From contig CAXXVS010000003.1 of assembly GCA_963674755.2 (NCBI GenBank), forward strand, positions 512,001-576,000: a DNA stretch of 64,000 nt, written 5' to 3'. The notes under the pieces were generated by a model, which saw only the letters and a program-made list of their open reading frames with translations, had not been told where the DNA came from and made no database searches. Within the stretch, counting starts at the first letter, position 1. Every line of letters begins with the position of its first letter. The DNA is from Desulfobacterales bacterium. Lineage in GTDB: Bacteria > Desulfobacterota > Desulfobacteria > Desulfobacterales > UBA5852. Of this stretch, positions 19,441 to 32,623 are shown piece by piece. Both the position numbers and the translations under genes were made by a program.

Positions 19441-20571
19441 ATGTGCCGTTTATTTGCCATCACCAGTGAAGATGCCCTCTCGCCCATGGTGGCGCTCCAG
19501 GCACTGGACGTCATGCGGGAAGGGCATGACGGGTCCGGTGTGGGGCTGTTTCTGCGCGATCTGGGCGGGCCCTTCGAGGAGATCAAGGATGCTCCCGTCC
19601 TGTCAGGCATTTTTAGCGAAGCCGGCTTGAAGCGCCTGGATACCTATATGATGAACCTGGGGTTCATGACCAAATACAAGCTTTCCATCAAGGTGCCGAA
19701 ATCACCGCCACCGGGGGTGCCCCGGCGGGATATTTACCTGGTGCGGGCTTACGAATATCCCGAGCAGTGGGACGGACTGTCCCAGAGCGAATTATACAGC
19801 CGGCTGCTGGAGACCCGCCTCATCCTGCGGGCCATGGGCGAAGAGACCGGTGATATGATCGTGTTTTCCTTCTGGCCCGATGTCATCATGATCAAGGAGA
19901 TCGGGGATCCTATGGGGGTGGCCAAGTACCTGCAATTGGACCGCAAGGAGCTGCGGGCCCGGGTGATCATGGCCCAGGGACGCCAGAACACCAATTACGC
20001 CATCAATCTCTACGCCTGCCATCCTTTTTTCATCCAGGGCTATTCCACCATGACCAACGGTGAAAATACGGCCTTCATCCCAATCCGGGATTATCTCTCT
20101 TCGCGGGGGTTCCCGGGCTATGTGGGCTATCAGTCCGATTCGGAGGTGTTCACCCACATATTGCATTTTGCCGTCAACCGCCTGGGGCTGGGGGTGGAGG
20201 CTTACAAGCACATCATTACGCCGCTCCAGAACGACGATCTCCTCCGGCACCCCAACCAGGAGCTGCTCAAGGGCCTCAAACAGACTTGCCGCAAACTGAT
20301 CATCGACGGCCCCAATTGCGTGATCGGATCGCTGCCGGATCACAGCCTGTTCATGGTCCAGGACCGCAAGAAGCTGCGGCCCGGGGTGGTGGGCGGGCGC
20401 CCCGGCCGTTATGCCTTTTCCTCGGAATTGTGCGGTTTGGACGCCGCTATTCCGGAGCGCGACAAGTCCCAGGATTTCCAACCCATGCATTTGGATACCG
20501 CCATCGTGAACGCGGATCGTCGGGAGGTTAAGATATGCAGCCAGAAGGACCCATTGCACCTTTCTCACTGA
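19441..20571 (+). CDS. Glutamate synthase, stand-alone class II glutamine amidotransferase subunit
   Basis: N-terminal catalytic Cys (MCRLF), GRQNTN, ACHPF, NGEN, SDSEV, DRKKLRP, SSE. Confidence 0.88.
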   Translation: MCRLFAITSEDALSPMVALQALDVMREGHDGSGVGLFLRDLGGPFEEIKDAPVLSGIFSEAGLKRLDTYMMNLGFMTKYKLSIKVPKSPPPGVPRRDIYLVRAYEYPEQWDGLSQSELYSRLLETRLILRAMGEETGDMIVFSFWPDVIMIKEIGDPMGVAKYLQLDRKELRARVIMAQGRQNTNYAINLYACHPFFIQGYSTMTNGENTAFIPIRDYLSSRGFPGYVGYQSDSEVFTHILHFAVNRLGLGVEAYKHIITPLQNDDLLRHPNQELLKGLKQTCRKLIIDGPNCVIGSLPDHSLFMVQDRKKLRPGVVGGRPGRYAFSSELCGLDAAIPERDKSQDFQPMHLDTAIVNADRREVKICSQKDPLHLSH

Positions 20572-22169
20572 GCATCAAAGACTTGCCCTGGCAGATCGCC
20601 TGGGACAAGGACAAATGCACCCTTTGCGGCCGCTGCACCGCCACCTGCCCGGTCAACGCCATTGAACTCGGGGTCTTCCGCAAGCGGCTGGTGGCCCCGG
20701 CGGTGGGCATTCTGGAAGCCCCCGAAAACGAGTACAAACTTTACTACGGGATTCGCCAGAAAACCGATCCAGCCTATGCCTGTGTGGGGTGCGCCATGTG
20801 CAACATGGTCTGCCCCAACGACGCTATCATCCCCATGCACGGCGATGAGATCGACAAACTGCGCATGCATAACAACCGGGGCGGCCAGGCCCGGAGACGC
20901 GGCGGCCGGCGCAACGATCCCGGCAGTCTGCTGGACCAGATCAAGTTTATCCGCATCTCCATGCTGACCGACCCGGCCCTGGATGCCGGCCGGCATGAAT
21001 TCGAGCTGCGCACCCTCCTGGGCCGTGTTCTGCCCCCGGAACAAAGCCTCAAGTTCATGGCGGAAAACGGCTGGACGCCTCCCGTGCGGGAAATTTATCC
21101 TCTCATGATCGGGGGCATGTCGTTCGGGGCCCTCTCGCCCAACATGTGGGAAGGCTTGCAGATGGGCGTGGCCTATCTGAACGAAGAGCTCGGGATGCCG
21201 GTGCGCATGTGCACCGGTGAGGGCGGCTGCCCGCCGCGCCTGCTGCGCTCACGCTTCCTCAAATATGTGATTTTGCAAATCGCCAGCGGCTATTTCGGCT
21301 GGGATGAAATCATCCATGCTCTCCCTGAAATGAAGGAAGACCCCTGCGCCGTGGAGATCAAATACGGCCAGGGCGCCAAGCCGGGGGATGGCGGTCTGCT
21401 CATGTGGTACAAGGTCAACAAGCTGATCGCCGCCATTCGCGGCGTTCCCGAGGGTGTCAGCCTGCCCAGTCCGCCGACGCACCAGACCCAGTATTCCATT
21501 GAAGAATCCGTGGCCAAGATGATTCAGTCCATGTACATGGCCTGGGGCTTCCGGGTGCCGGTCTATCCCAAGATTTCGGCCACCACCACCTCTCTGGCCG
21601 TATTGAACAATCTGACGCGCAACCCCTATGCAGGCGGCCTGGCGATCGATGGCGAAGACGGCGGCACCGGGGCGGCCTACAATGTTTCCATGAACCACAT
21701 GGGCCACCCCATCGCCAGCAACATCCGCGATTGCTACCTCAACCTGGCCAAGATCGGCATGCAGAACGAAATTCCGATTATTGCCGGCGGCGGGATCGGC
21801 AAGACCGGCAACCTGGCCGCCAACGCCGCCTCCCTGATCATGCTGGGCGCCAGCGCCGTGCAGACGGGGAAATACATCATGCAGGCGGCAGCCGGGTGCC
21901 TGGGATCGGAAAGCGACCGCTGCAACATCTGCAACATCGGCTTGTGCCCTAAAGGGATCACTTCCCAGGATCCGCGACTCTACCGTCGTCTGGACGTGGA
22001 GCAGGTGGCGGAGCGGGTGGTGGATGTCTTCCTGACCTTCGATACCGAATTGCGGAAGATCCTGGCCCCGTTGGGGCGCTCGACCGCCCTGCCCATCGGC
22101 ATGTCCGATGCCTTGGGGATTGCCGACAAGAATGCGGCCGAGCGGCTGCACATCAACTATGTGGTCTGA
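20535..22169 (+). CDS. Glutamate synthase FMN-binding subunit with N-terminal 2x[4Fe-4S] domain
   Basis: Two CxxCxxCxxxCP; MSFGALS, TGEGG, QIASGYFG, EIKYGQGAKPGDGG, DGEDGGTGAA, CPKGITSQD. Confidence 0.92.
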   Translation: MQPEGPIAPFSLSIKDLPWQIAWDKDKCTLCGRCTATCPVNAIELGVFRKRLVAPAVGILEAPENEYKLYYGIRQKTDPAYACVGCAMCNMVCPNDAIIPMHGDEIDKLRMHNNRGGQARRRGGRRNDPGSLLDQIKFIRISMLTDPALDAGRHEFELRTLLGRVLPPEQSLKFMAENGWTPPVREIYPLMIGGMSFGALSPNMWEGLQMGVAYLNEELGMPVRMCTGEGGCPPRLLRSRFLKYVILQIASGYFGWDEIIHALPEMKEDPCAVEIKYGQGAKPGDGGLLMWYKVNKLIAAIRGVPEGVSLPSPPTHQTQYSIEESVAKMIQSMYMAWGFRVPVYPKISATTTSLAVLNNLTRNPYAGGLAIDGEDGGTGAAYNVSMNHMGHPIASNIRDCYLNLAKIGMQNEIPIIAGGGIGKTGNLAANAASLIMLGASAVQTGKYIMQAAAGCLGSESDRCNICNIGLCPKGITSQDPRLYRRLDVEQVAERVVDVFLTFDTELRKILAPLGRSTALPIGMSDALGIADKNAAERLHINYVV

Positions 22170-22220
22170 TCGCACGAGGGCCGGAGCAGGGCGACATTTC
22201 AACGCCAGTGGAGATGTTTC

Positions 22221-24569
22221 ATGAGCAGTGACGCCAATCAAAAACAGAACGTCTATCATATTATCAGCGGCCAGGAAAACGGCGAGCGCATCGAGTCGCG
22301 GGTGCTGGAAGAAAAGATTCAGGAGGCGGTGGCCAGCGGCGAGCGGAACCTGAAGATTCTGGCCTTTGGCCAGCACGGCATCGGCGGCCGGTTGTGGAAG
22401 GCGGGCGGCGAGAAGGTGCATATCCGCATCGAGGGCCCGCCGGGCCAGCGGCTGGGTTCCCTGGGCTTTGACAACACCACCATCGAGGTGCATGGTCCGG
22501 CCTCGGACGATACCGGCTGGCTCAATGCCGGGGCTGAAATCATCGTCCATGGCAATGCCGGCAACGGCACCTGCAACGCCATGGCCCAAGGGGCTGTGCG
22601 GGTGGCCGGCAATATCGGTGCCCGCGGCATGACCATGACCAAAAGCAACCCGCGCTTCGCCCCACCCGAACTCTGGGTGCTGGGCTCGGTGGGGGATTAT
22701 TTTGGCGAGTTCATGGCGGGTGGCATTGCCGTCGTCTGCGGCGTGAATCCCCAGGATCCCGAGAATGTGCTCGGCTATCGTCCCTTCGTGGGAATGGTGG
22801 GCGGCAAGGCCTTTTTCCGCGGACCCCACGGCGGCTACAGCCAGGGCGACGCCAAGCTGGCCCCCATCGATGATGACGACTGGCAATGGCTGGCGGACAA
22901 CCTGAACGTTTTTCTGCAGCGCATCCAACATGAGGAGCTGCTCGAGACGCTGTCGGACCGCACCCAGTGGCAGTTGATCGTGTCCCGGGGACCCCATGAA
23001 AAAAAGACCCTGCGCACCCGGTCGATGCAGGCGTTCCATCGGGATGTCTGGGATAAGGAACTGGGCCGGGGCGGCATCATCGGCGACCTCAGCGACCAGG
23101 ACCGCAATCAGATTCCGGTGGTAACGACGGGCGAGCTGCGGCGTTTCGTACCGGTCTGGGAGAACCGCAAATATGCGGCCCCCTGCGAATCTTCCTGCCC
23201 CACCGGGATACCGGTGCAGGAGCGTTGGCGGCTGGTGCGCCAGGGGCGTATGGACGAGGCCGTGGATCTGGCCTTGAGCTATACCCCTTTTCCGGCCACG
23301 GTGTGCGGCTATCTGTGTCCCAACCTGTGCATGAGCAGCTGCACGCGCCAATCGGCCTTCATGGCACCGGTGGATATCCGGGGGCTGGGTAAGGCCAGCA
23401 TCAACGCGGCCGTGGGGGAGCTGCCGCCCTTGAGCGGCCGCAAGGTGGCTGTCATCGGCGGCGGGCCGGGGGGGATTTCCGTGGCCTGGCAGCTGCGCCG
23501 CAACGGGCATGAAGCCACGGTTTACGACACCTCGGCCACCCTGGGCGGCAAGATCGCTTCGGCCATCCCCAGCAGCCGGATTCCCGCGGAAGTGGTGACG
23601 GCCGAACTGGAGCGGGTGCGGGAGATTATTCCCCATGTCCACCTCCAGCAGGAAGTCAGCCAGAAGGACATCGCTCAATTGCGCGAAGATTACGATTTTG
23701 TAGTGCTGGCCACCGGCGCCCAAACGCCCCGGGTGGTGCCGGTGCCGGGCAAGGAACACCTCATCACGGCCCTGGATTTTCTGCGGGATGCCAAGGTGGG
23801 ACGGGCCCGGGTGGGTAAACGGGTCATCATCATCGGCGCCGGCAACGTGGGTTGCGACGTGGCCACGGAAGCCCACCGGCTGGGCGCCGAGGACATCACC
23901 CTGATCGATATCCAGGAGCCCCTCTCTTTTGGTAAGGAACGGGAAGAAGCCGAGAAAGCGGGAGCCAAATTCCGCTATCCCTGCTTCACCAAAGAAATCA
24001 CAGAGGCGGGCGTGGTGCTGCAGGACGGTGAACTGCTGCCGGCGGATACGGTCTTTATCTCCATCGGCGATGCGCCGGATTTGAGTTTCATCCCCGAGGA
24101 TATCGCCACCGAGCGGGGCTTTGTGGTGGTCAACGACCATTTCCAGACCACGGACGCCCGGGTGTTTGCCATCGGTGACCTGGTCAAACCGGGGCTTTTG
24201 ACCGATGCCATTGGGGCTGGCCGCAAAGCCGCCGGCGCCATCGTGGAAATCCTGGCCGGTCAGCGTCCGGTCAGCGACACCCGCCAGATGATCGACAAGA
24301 AGCGTGTGTCGCTGGAGTATTTCGATCCCCGCATCCTGGACTACGAGGACATCGACCACTGCGGTTCCCAGTGTTCCTCCTGCGGCGCCTGCCGGGACTG
24401 CGGCATCTGTGCGGCGGTTTGCCCTTACAGCGCCATCAGCCGGATGGAAGGCGCCGACGAGAGCTACGAATACGTGGTGGACCCCGAGCGCTGCATCGGC
24501 TGCGGGTTCTGCGCCGGGGCCTGTCCCTGCGGGATCTGGGACCTGGTGGAGAACACGCCCCTAAGTTGA
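22221..24569 (+). CDS. Glutamate synthase subunit fusing a GXGXG domain, a GltD-like FAD/NAD(P)H oxidoreductase and a ferredoxin domain
   Basis: GQHGIGG/GQRLGS/GDYFGEFMAGG repeats; PCESSCP, VCGYLCP..C; VIGGGPGG, IIGAGNVG, FAIGD; two C-terminal CxxCxxCxxxCP. Confidence 0.9.
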   Translation: MSSDANQKQNVYHIISGQENGERIESRVLEEKIQEAVASGERNLKILAFGQHGIGGRLWKAGGEKVHIRIEGPPGQRLGSLGFDNTTIEVHGPASDDTGWLNAGAEIIVHGNAGNGTCNAMAQGAVRVAGNIGARGMTMTKSNPRFAPPELWVLGSVGDYFGEFMAGGIAVVCGVNPQDPENVLGYRPFVGMVGGKAFFRGPHGGYSQGDAKLAPIDDDDWQWLADNLNVFLQRIQHEELLETLSDRTQWQLIVSRGPHEKKTLRTRSMQAFHRDVWDKELGRGGIIGDLSDQDRNQIPVVTTGELRRFVPVWENRKYAAPCESSCPTGIPVQERWRLVRQGRMDEAVDLALSYTPFPATVCGYLCPNLCMSSCTRQSAFMAPVDIRGLGKASINAAVGELPPLSGRKVAVIGGGPGGISVAWQLRRNGHEATVYDTSATLGGKIASAIPSSRIPAEVVTAELERVREIIPHVHLQQEVSQKDIAQLREDYDFVVLATGAQTPRVVPVPGKEHLITALDFLRDAKVGRARVGKRVIIIGAGNVGCDVATEAHRLGAEDITLIDIQEPLSFGKEREEAEKAGAKFRYPCFTKEITEAGVVLQDGELLPADTVFISIGDAPDLSFIPEDIATERGFVVVNDHFQTTDARVFAIGDLVKPGLLTDAIGAGRKAAGAIVEILAGQRPVSDTRQMIDKKRVSLEYFDPRILDYEDIDHCGSQCSSCGACRDCGICAAVCPYSAISRMEGADESYEYVVDPERCIGCGFCAGACPCGIWDLVENTPLS

Positions 24570-24595
24570 TGACGGCGGACTGTTTTGCTAAAGCG

Positions 24596-24633
24596 CGGCC
24601 CCGGTCCCGTGCGTTCGCGGCGGGGCCGGTTTT
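24596..24633 (+). terminator. Probable intrinsic terminator after the glutamate synthase operon
   Basis: CGGCCCCG...CGGGGCCG followed by GTTTTC. Confidence 0.5.
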
Positions 24634-24734
24634 CTATTGCTAAATCGCCCCAAGTTCATTACTAAATACAATTTTTAAAACCCATTCGACCGGTTGCCCA
24701 TGGCACCCGGCCTCTGCATAACGGATAGGGCACC

Positions 24735-25904
24735 ATGAAAGCACTCCTTGCATTGGAAGACGGGCGAACCTTCAAATGCCGTTCGTATACCGGCCCGGGG
24801 GAAGCTCAGGGCGAAGTGGTGTTCAACACCAGCATGACCGGCTACCAGGAAATCTTGACGGATCCTTCCTACAGCGGCCAGCTGGTCACCATGACCTACC
24901 CCCTGGTGGGCAATTACGGCATCAACCCGGAAGACGTGGAGTCGGCCCGCATCCAGGTGGCGGCCTTTATTATAAAGGAATACCAGCCCTTTTACAGCAA
25001 CTACCGGGCAACGCAATCCCTGGCGGACTACCTCAAGTCCCAGGGAGTAATGGGGGTCGAAGATCTGGACACCCGGGCCTTGACCCGTCATATCCGCAAG
25101 ACCGGCGCCATGCGCGCCTTTCTATCCACATCGATTCTCGATGCTGAAGCCGCCGTGGCCAAAGCAAGGGCCATACCCTGCATGGCGGGCCTGGACCTGG
25201 CCAGCGGCGTCAGCACCGAGCTGCCCTACCGCTGGGAAAATAATCGGCCGCTACCGCTGGAAACCGACGGCACGGGGGCACCCCGTCTCGATGAGACCGT
25301 CTGGCGCATGCGCGGCCAAAAGCATTCCGTGGTGGCCATCGACTACGGCATCAAGTACAACATCCTGCGCTGTCTGACCCAGGCCGGTTTTGAGGTGGTG
25401 GTGGTGCCGGCCACAACGCCGCCCGAAACTATCCGGACCATGGCGCCCAGCGGCATTTTTCTGGCCAACGGACCGGGGGACCCCGAGCCGGTGCGCTATG
25501 CCATTGATGCCATCCGGGATCTGATCGGCTACCGTCCCATGTTCGGCATCTGCCTCGGCCATCAACTGATGGGCCTGGCGTTGGGGGGCAAGACCTACAA
25601 GCTCAAGTTCGGCCACCGGGGGGCCAACCAGCCGGTCAAGCACCTGCCCAGCGGCCGCATCGAGATTACCTCGCAAAATCATGGCTTTGCGGTGGATCCC
25701 GACTCTTTGAAGGACAAAGACGTCGAGATCACCCATATCAACCTCAACGACAACACCCTCGAGGGCTTCCGCAGCCTCCGCTACCCGGTCTTTGCAGTGC
25801 AATACCACCCGGAAGCCTCGCCGGGACCCCACGATGCCCGTTATCTGTTCGATGAGTTTGCACGCTTGATGGATGAGAATACGCCCTTGAAGGATAAGAA
25901 ATAG
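24735..25904 (+). CDS. carA: Carbamoyl-phosphate synthase small subunit
   Basis: GEVVFNTSMTGYQEILTDPSY, NGPGDP, GICLGHQ, SQNHGF, QYHPEASPGP. Confidence 0.98.
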   Translation: MKALLALEDGRTFKCRSYTGPGEAQGEVVFNTSMTGYQEILTDPSYSGQLVTMTYPLVGNYGINPEDVESARIQVAAFIIKEYQPFYSNYRATQSLADYLKSQGVMGVEDLDTRALTRHIRKTGAMRAFLSTSILDAEAAVAKARAIPCMAGLDLASGVSTELPYRWENNRPLPLETDGTGAPRLDETVWRMRGQKHSVVAIDYGIKYNILRCLTQAGFEVVVVPATTPPETIRTMAPSGIFLANGPGDPEPVRYAIDAIRDLIGYRPMFGICLGHQLMGLALGGKTYKLKFGHRGANQPVKHLPSGRIEITSQNHGFAVDPDSLKDKDVEITHINLNDNTLEGFRSLRYPVFAVQYHPEASPGPHDARYLFDEFARLMDENTPLKDKK

Positions 25905-25970
25905 ACGACGGCCGCGGCCTCTTGACACCATCCGCCAGTGCGCCGCTGAACCCGACAGAGATCTGAACCC

Positions 25971-29231
<3,261 letters not shown>

Positions 29232-29261
29232 TTCACCAGCATTCCCGGGAGAATCCTATCG

Positions 29262-30677
29262 ATGATGATTTTTGACGAAAGACCTCGCGAGGCTTGCGGC
29301 CTTTTCGGTATTCACGGTCACCATGATGCTTCCAAGTTGACCTACTTCGGGCTCTACGCTTTGCAGCACCGGGGTCAGGAAAGTGCCGGTATCGCTGTCT
29401 GCCAGGATAAAACCATCGTGGGGCACAAAGGGATGGGGCTGGTTTCGGACGTCTTCGACATGACCCACTTGGAGGAGCTGAGCGGCACCAGCGCGGTGGG
29501 ACATGTTCGCTATTCCACTACCGGCAGCTCCATCCTCGGCAACGCCCAGCCCTTTTTCGTGCGCCATCAGCACCGCTCCTACGCCCTGGCCCACAATGGC
29601 AATCTCGTCAATGCCCATATCCTCAAGGACGAGCTGGAGCGTTCCGGTTCCATTTTCCAGACCACCATGGACAGCGAGGTGTTTCTGCACCTGTTCGTCA
29701 AGAACCTGAAGTATGGCTTCGAGGGCGCACTGGTGGAGACCGTCAAACGCCTCAAGGGCGCCTACTCTTTCGTGCTCCTGACCAGCGAAGGCGAAGTGAT
29801 CGGGATCAAGGACCCCACCGGGTTCAGGCCCTTGTGCCTGGGAAAGCTCAACGGCAGTTACGTTCTGGCATCGGAGACCTGTGCCCTGGATCTGGTGGAG
29901 GCCGAGTTCGTACGGGAGCTGGATCCGGGCGAAATCGTGATCATCGGCGAGAAGGGTGTCAAAAGCATCCGGACCCAGCCGGAAGGCGCCAAACGCACGT
30001 TCTGCATCTTTGAATACATTTATTTTGCCCGACCGGACAGCACGATCTACGGCAAGAACGTCTACCTGACCCGCAAGGCCCACGGACGTGAATTGGCCAA
30101 GGAATCCCGGGTGGATGCCGACTTCGTCATGCCCTTTCCGGATTCGGGCACTTACGCCGCTTTGGGGTTTTCGGAAGCCTCGGGTATCCCGTTCGAAATG
30201 GGAATGATCCGCAACCACTATGTGGGTCGGACCTTTATCCAGCCCACCCAGAGCATGCGCGATTTCGGCGTGCGGGTCAAACTCAACCCGGTCAAGGAGC
30301 TCCTGCAAGGTAAGGACATCATCATCATCGAGGATTCCATCATTCGCGGCACCACGGCCAAGACCCGTGTCAAAGCATTGCGCGAGCTCGGTGTACGCCG
30401 GGTCCATTTAAGGGTCAGCGGACCGCCCCACCGGTTTCCCTGCCATTACGGCATTGATTTTTCAACCAAAGGCGAGTTGATTGCGGCCAGCATGTCCGTG
30501 GAAGCCCTGGGGCGTTATTTGGGGTTGGACTCCCTGGCCTACCTCAGCCTTCCGGGATTGCTGTCCTCCACAGGGGTCGAAGACCCTGAAGGCCATTTCT
30601 GCAAAGCGTGCTTCGACGGCTGCTATCCGGTCGATTTCGACGGAGAGCTTTCCAAAAACTGTATGGAAATGCTATAA
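29262..30677 (+). CDS. purF: Amidophosphoribosyltransferase (propeptide, [4Fe-4S] type)
   Basis: REA-CGLFG, LQHRGQESAG, GHVRYSTTG, FEYIYFARPDS, DSIIRGTT, PCHYGID, CKACF. Confidence 0.97.
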   Translation: MMIFDERPREACGLFGIHGHHDASKLTYFGLYALQHRGQESAGIAVCQDKTIVGHKGMGLVSDVFDMTHLEELSGTSAVGHVRYSTTGSSILGNAQPFFVRHQHRSYALAHNGNLVNAHILKDELERSGSIFQTTMDSEVFLHLFVKNLKYGFEGALVETVKRLKGAYSFVLLTSEGEVIGIKDPTGFRPLCLGKLNGSYVLASETCALDLVEAEFVRELDPGEIVIIGEKGVKSIRTQPEGAKRTFCIFEYIYFARPDSTIYGKNVYLTRKAHGRELAKESRVDADFVMPFPDSGTYAALGFSEASGIPFEMGMIRNHYVGRTFIQPTQSMRDFGVRVKLNPVKELLQGKDIIIIEDSIIRGTTAKTRVKALRELGVRRVHLRVSGPPHRFPCHYGIDFSTKGELIAASMSVEALGRYLGLDSLAYLSLPGLLSSTGVEDPEGHFCKACFDGCYPVDFDGELSKNCMEML

Positions 30678-30715
30678 TTCGTATCAAAACCCCATCCTAG
30701 CGATACGGAGACCCC

Positions 30716-31216
30716 ATGCAGGAGTCGCGCTACCTCAAGGACAACTTGGAAAACATCCAGCGGCTCATGTCCATCCCAGCCCTGCGCAATTTCGAGACCA
30801 GCAACCTCAGCCGGCTGCTGCACTTGAGCAAGATGCGCGAATACGAAACCGGTGAGACCATCATCCAGGAGGGGGATGAGGACCCCTGGCTCTATTTTCT
30901 GCTGGAGGGCCAGGTGCGCGTCACCAAAAAGGATGTGGAGATCGGGGTGATCCGCGAAGTGGGGGACGTCTTTGGCGAGATGCGCATCATCGACAGCCAG
31001 AGCCGCTCCGCTACGGTGGTGGCCCTGGAGCCGACGGTTTGCCTGGCGGTCAACACCACGGCCAAAGACCGCATGTCAGGCACCGGGGATCGTGACGAAC
31101 AACTCGATTTCCTGCTTCTGCTGTACCGGATTTTTGCAGAATTTCTTTCCCTGCGCCTGCGCCTGACCAACGAGGAGTTGATCAAGGCCAACAAAATCCT
31201 CAAGGCCCTGGCCTAA
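30716..31216 (+). CDS. Stand-alone cyclic-nucleotide-binding domain protein
   Basis: IIQEGDE..LYFLLEGQVRV..GDVFGEM..RSATVVA; no HTH. Confidence 0.85.
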   Translation: MQESRYLKDNLENIQRLMSIPALRNFETSNLSRLLHLSKMREYETGETIIQEGDEDPWLYFLLEGQVRVTKKDVEIGVIREVGDVFGEMRIIDSQSRSATVVALEPTVCLAVNTTAKDRMSGTGDRDEQLDFLLLLYRIFAEFLSLRLRLTNEELIKANKILKALA

Positions 31217-31220
31217 ACCC

Positions 31221-32240
31221 ATGACCCGCAAGCGTACCGTCGCCTTTTCCGCCCAGGCCGCCAACCTCTTTTTCCACCTTCTGACCCGCTGCAATCTGAA
31301 CTGCCGCCATTGCTACATCAACCCGGCGCAGCACGGCACGGCGACGCTGCCGCTGGCCATCATCCAGCGCTGGCTCAAGATTTTTGCCGATTTGGACAAA
31401 CCGGCCAATCTGGTTCTTCTGGGGGGCGAGCCGACCCTGCACCCGGACCTGGCCGAGGTGGTCCGAACGGCCCGCCGTCTGGGCTTTGCCTCCATCACCA
31501 TCGATACCAACGGCTACCTGTTCCACGACATTCTGGACCGTATCACCCCGGACGACCTCGACTACTTCAGTTTCAGCCTGGACGGGGCCACAGAAAAGGT
31601 CAATGATGCTCTGCGGGGAAAAGGATCCTACGCGGCCTGCCTGGATGGCATTCGGCGCGCGGTGGCCAGGGGCTTCAGCACCAGCCTGATCTACACCGTG
31701 AGCGCGGCCAATATCCATGAACTGGCGCAGATGGGCCCGCTGCTGGAAACGCTCGGCGTGGAGCGGTTTTTCATCCAAGTGCTGGGGATCCGGGGCAACC
31801 CCGCACGGCTGGCCGAATGCGCGGCATCTGACCGGCCGCTGCAGGTGGATCGCGATAGGTGGCTGGCGAAGATTCCGGCGGCCGCTGCCACGATCGCTGA
31901 TCGCGGGCTTACGGTGACCTATCCCAAGGTTTTTCTCGAGGCCGGTGAGGTCTTCGACTGTGCCGCCCGGGTGGCGGATAATTACTTTGTCTTCCCCAAC
32001 GGCCGCGTCTACCGCTGTCCCCTGTGCGAAGATTTTCCCCTTCACAGCTATACCTTGGAAAACGACCGGCTCGACCCCATGCCGGCCATTAACGAAAAAG
32101 ACCTCTTTGCCCTGGATATCCCGGAAGGCTGCGTCATGAATAAACTGGTGCAGCCCGGCAACCTCGTTTACGGCGAAGACGGCCGGCCGGCCTACCGGAT
32201 CGCCTGTTGCATGCTGAAGGAAGAAATTCTACCGCTTTGA
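31221..32240 (+). CDS. Radical SAM protein, function unknown
   Basis: CNLNCRHC, LGGEPTLH, DTNG, FSLDG; Cys-rich C-terminus (C..RCPLC..GC..CC). Confidence 0.9.
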   Translation: MTRKRTVAFSAQAANLFFHLLTRCNLNCRHCYINPAQHGTATLPLAIIQRWLKIFADLDKPANLVLLGGEPTLHPDLAEVVRTARRLGFASITIDTNGYLFHDILDRITPDDLDYFSFSLDGATEKVNDALRGKGSYAACLDGIRRAVARGFSTSLIYTVSAANIHELAQMGPLLETLGVERFFIQVLGIRGNPARLAECAASDRPLQVDRDRWLAKIPAAAATIADRGLTVTYPKVFLEAGEVFDCAARVADNYFVFPNGRVYRCPLCEDFPLHSYTLENDRLDPMPAINEKDLFALDIPEGCVMNKLVQPGNLVYGEDGRPAYRIACCMLKEEILPL

Positions 32241-32250
32241 GGACAACGCC

Positions 32251-32550
32251 ATGGAAAAGGTGAAGGGCCGCCTGACGGTTCGACAACGGATGATCGCCCT
32301 GTTGGAAGATGAAGCATGCGACGTGCGCGATATTTCCAAGGCGCTGCACATTTCCGAAAAAGAGGTGGGAGACCATCTGGAGCATATCCGGCGCAGCTTG
32401 TCCGCTACCCAGCAAAAACTAGAGATCCGACCCGCGGAATGCCTGGCTTGCGGATTCGTTTTCGAGGACCGCAGCCGTTTTTCCCGCCCGGGCCGCTGCC
32501 CTCGCTGCCGGGAGAGCCGCATATCGATGCCGCGTTTTTATATCTGCTGA
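32251..32550 (+). CDS. Small HTH plus Zn-ribbon protein (putative transcriptional regulator)
   Basis: TVRQRMIALL, EKEVGDHLEHI, PAECLACGFVF..PGRCPRC. Confidence 0.8.
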   Translation: MEKVKGRLTVRQRMIALLEDEACDVRDISKALHISEKEVGDHLEHIRRSLSATQQKLEIRPAECLACGFVFEDRSRFSRPGRCPRCRESRISMPRFYIC

Positions 32551-32623
32551 AGCGCCCCTTGGGCTTCACCTTCCCACCTTGCTTCCATACGGCTTTCGCG
32601 TCCCGTCAGTGTGCCTATAACCA

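Noticed and set aside
21249..24359. 1036-aa minus-strand ORF, and similar long antisense ORFs such as 27162-29192, 25251-26843 and 60589-62547
   Set aside because: Antisense shadows of well-supported GC3-biased genes; no recognisable motifs
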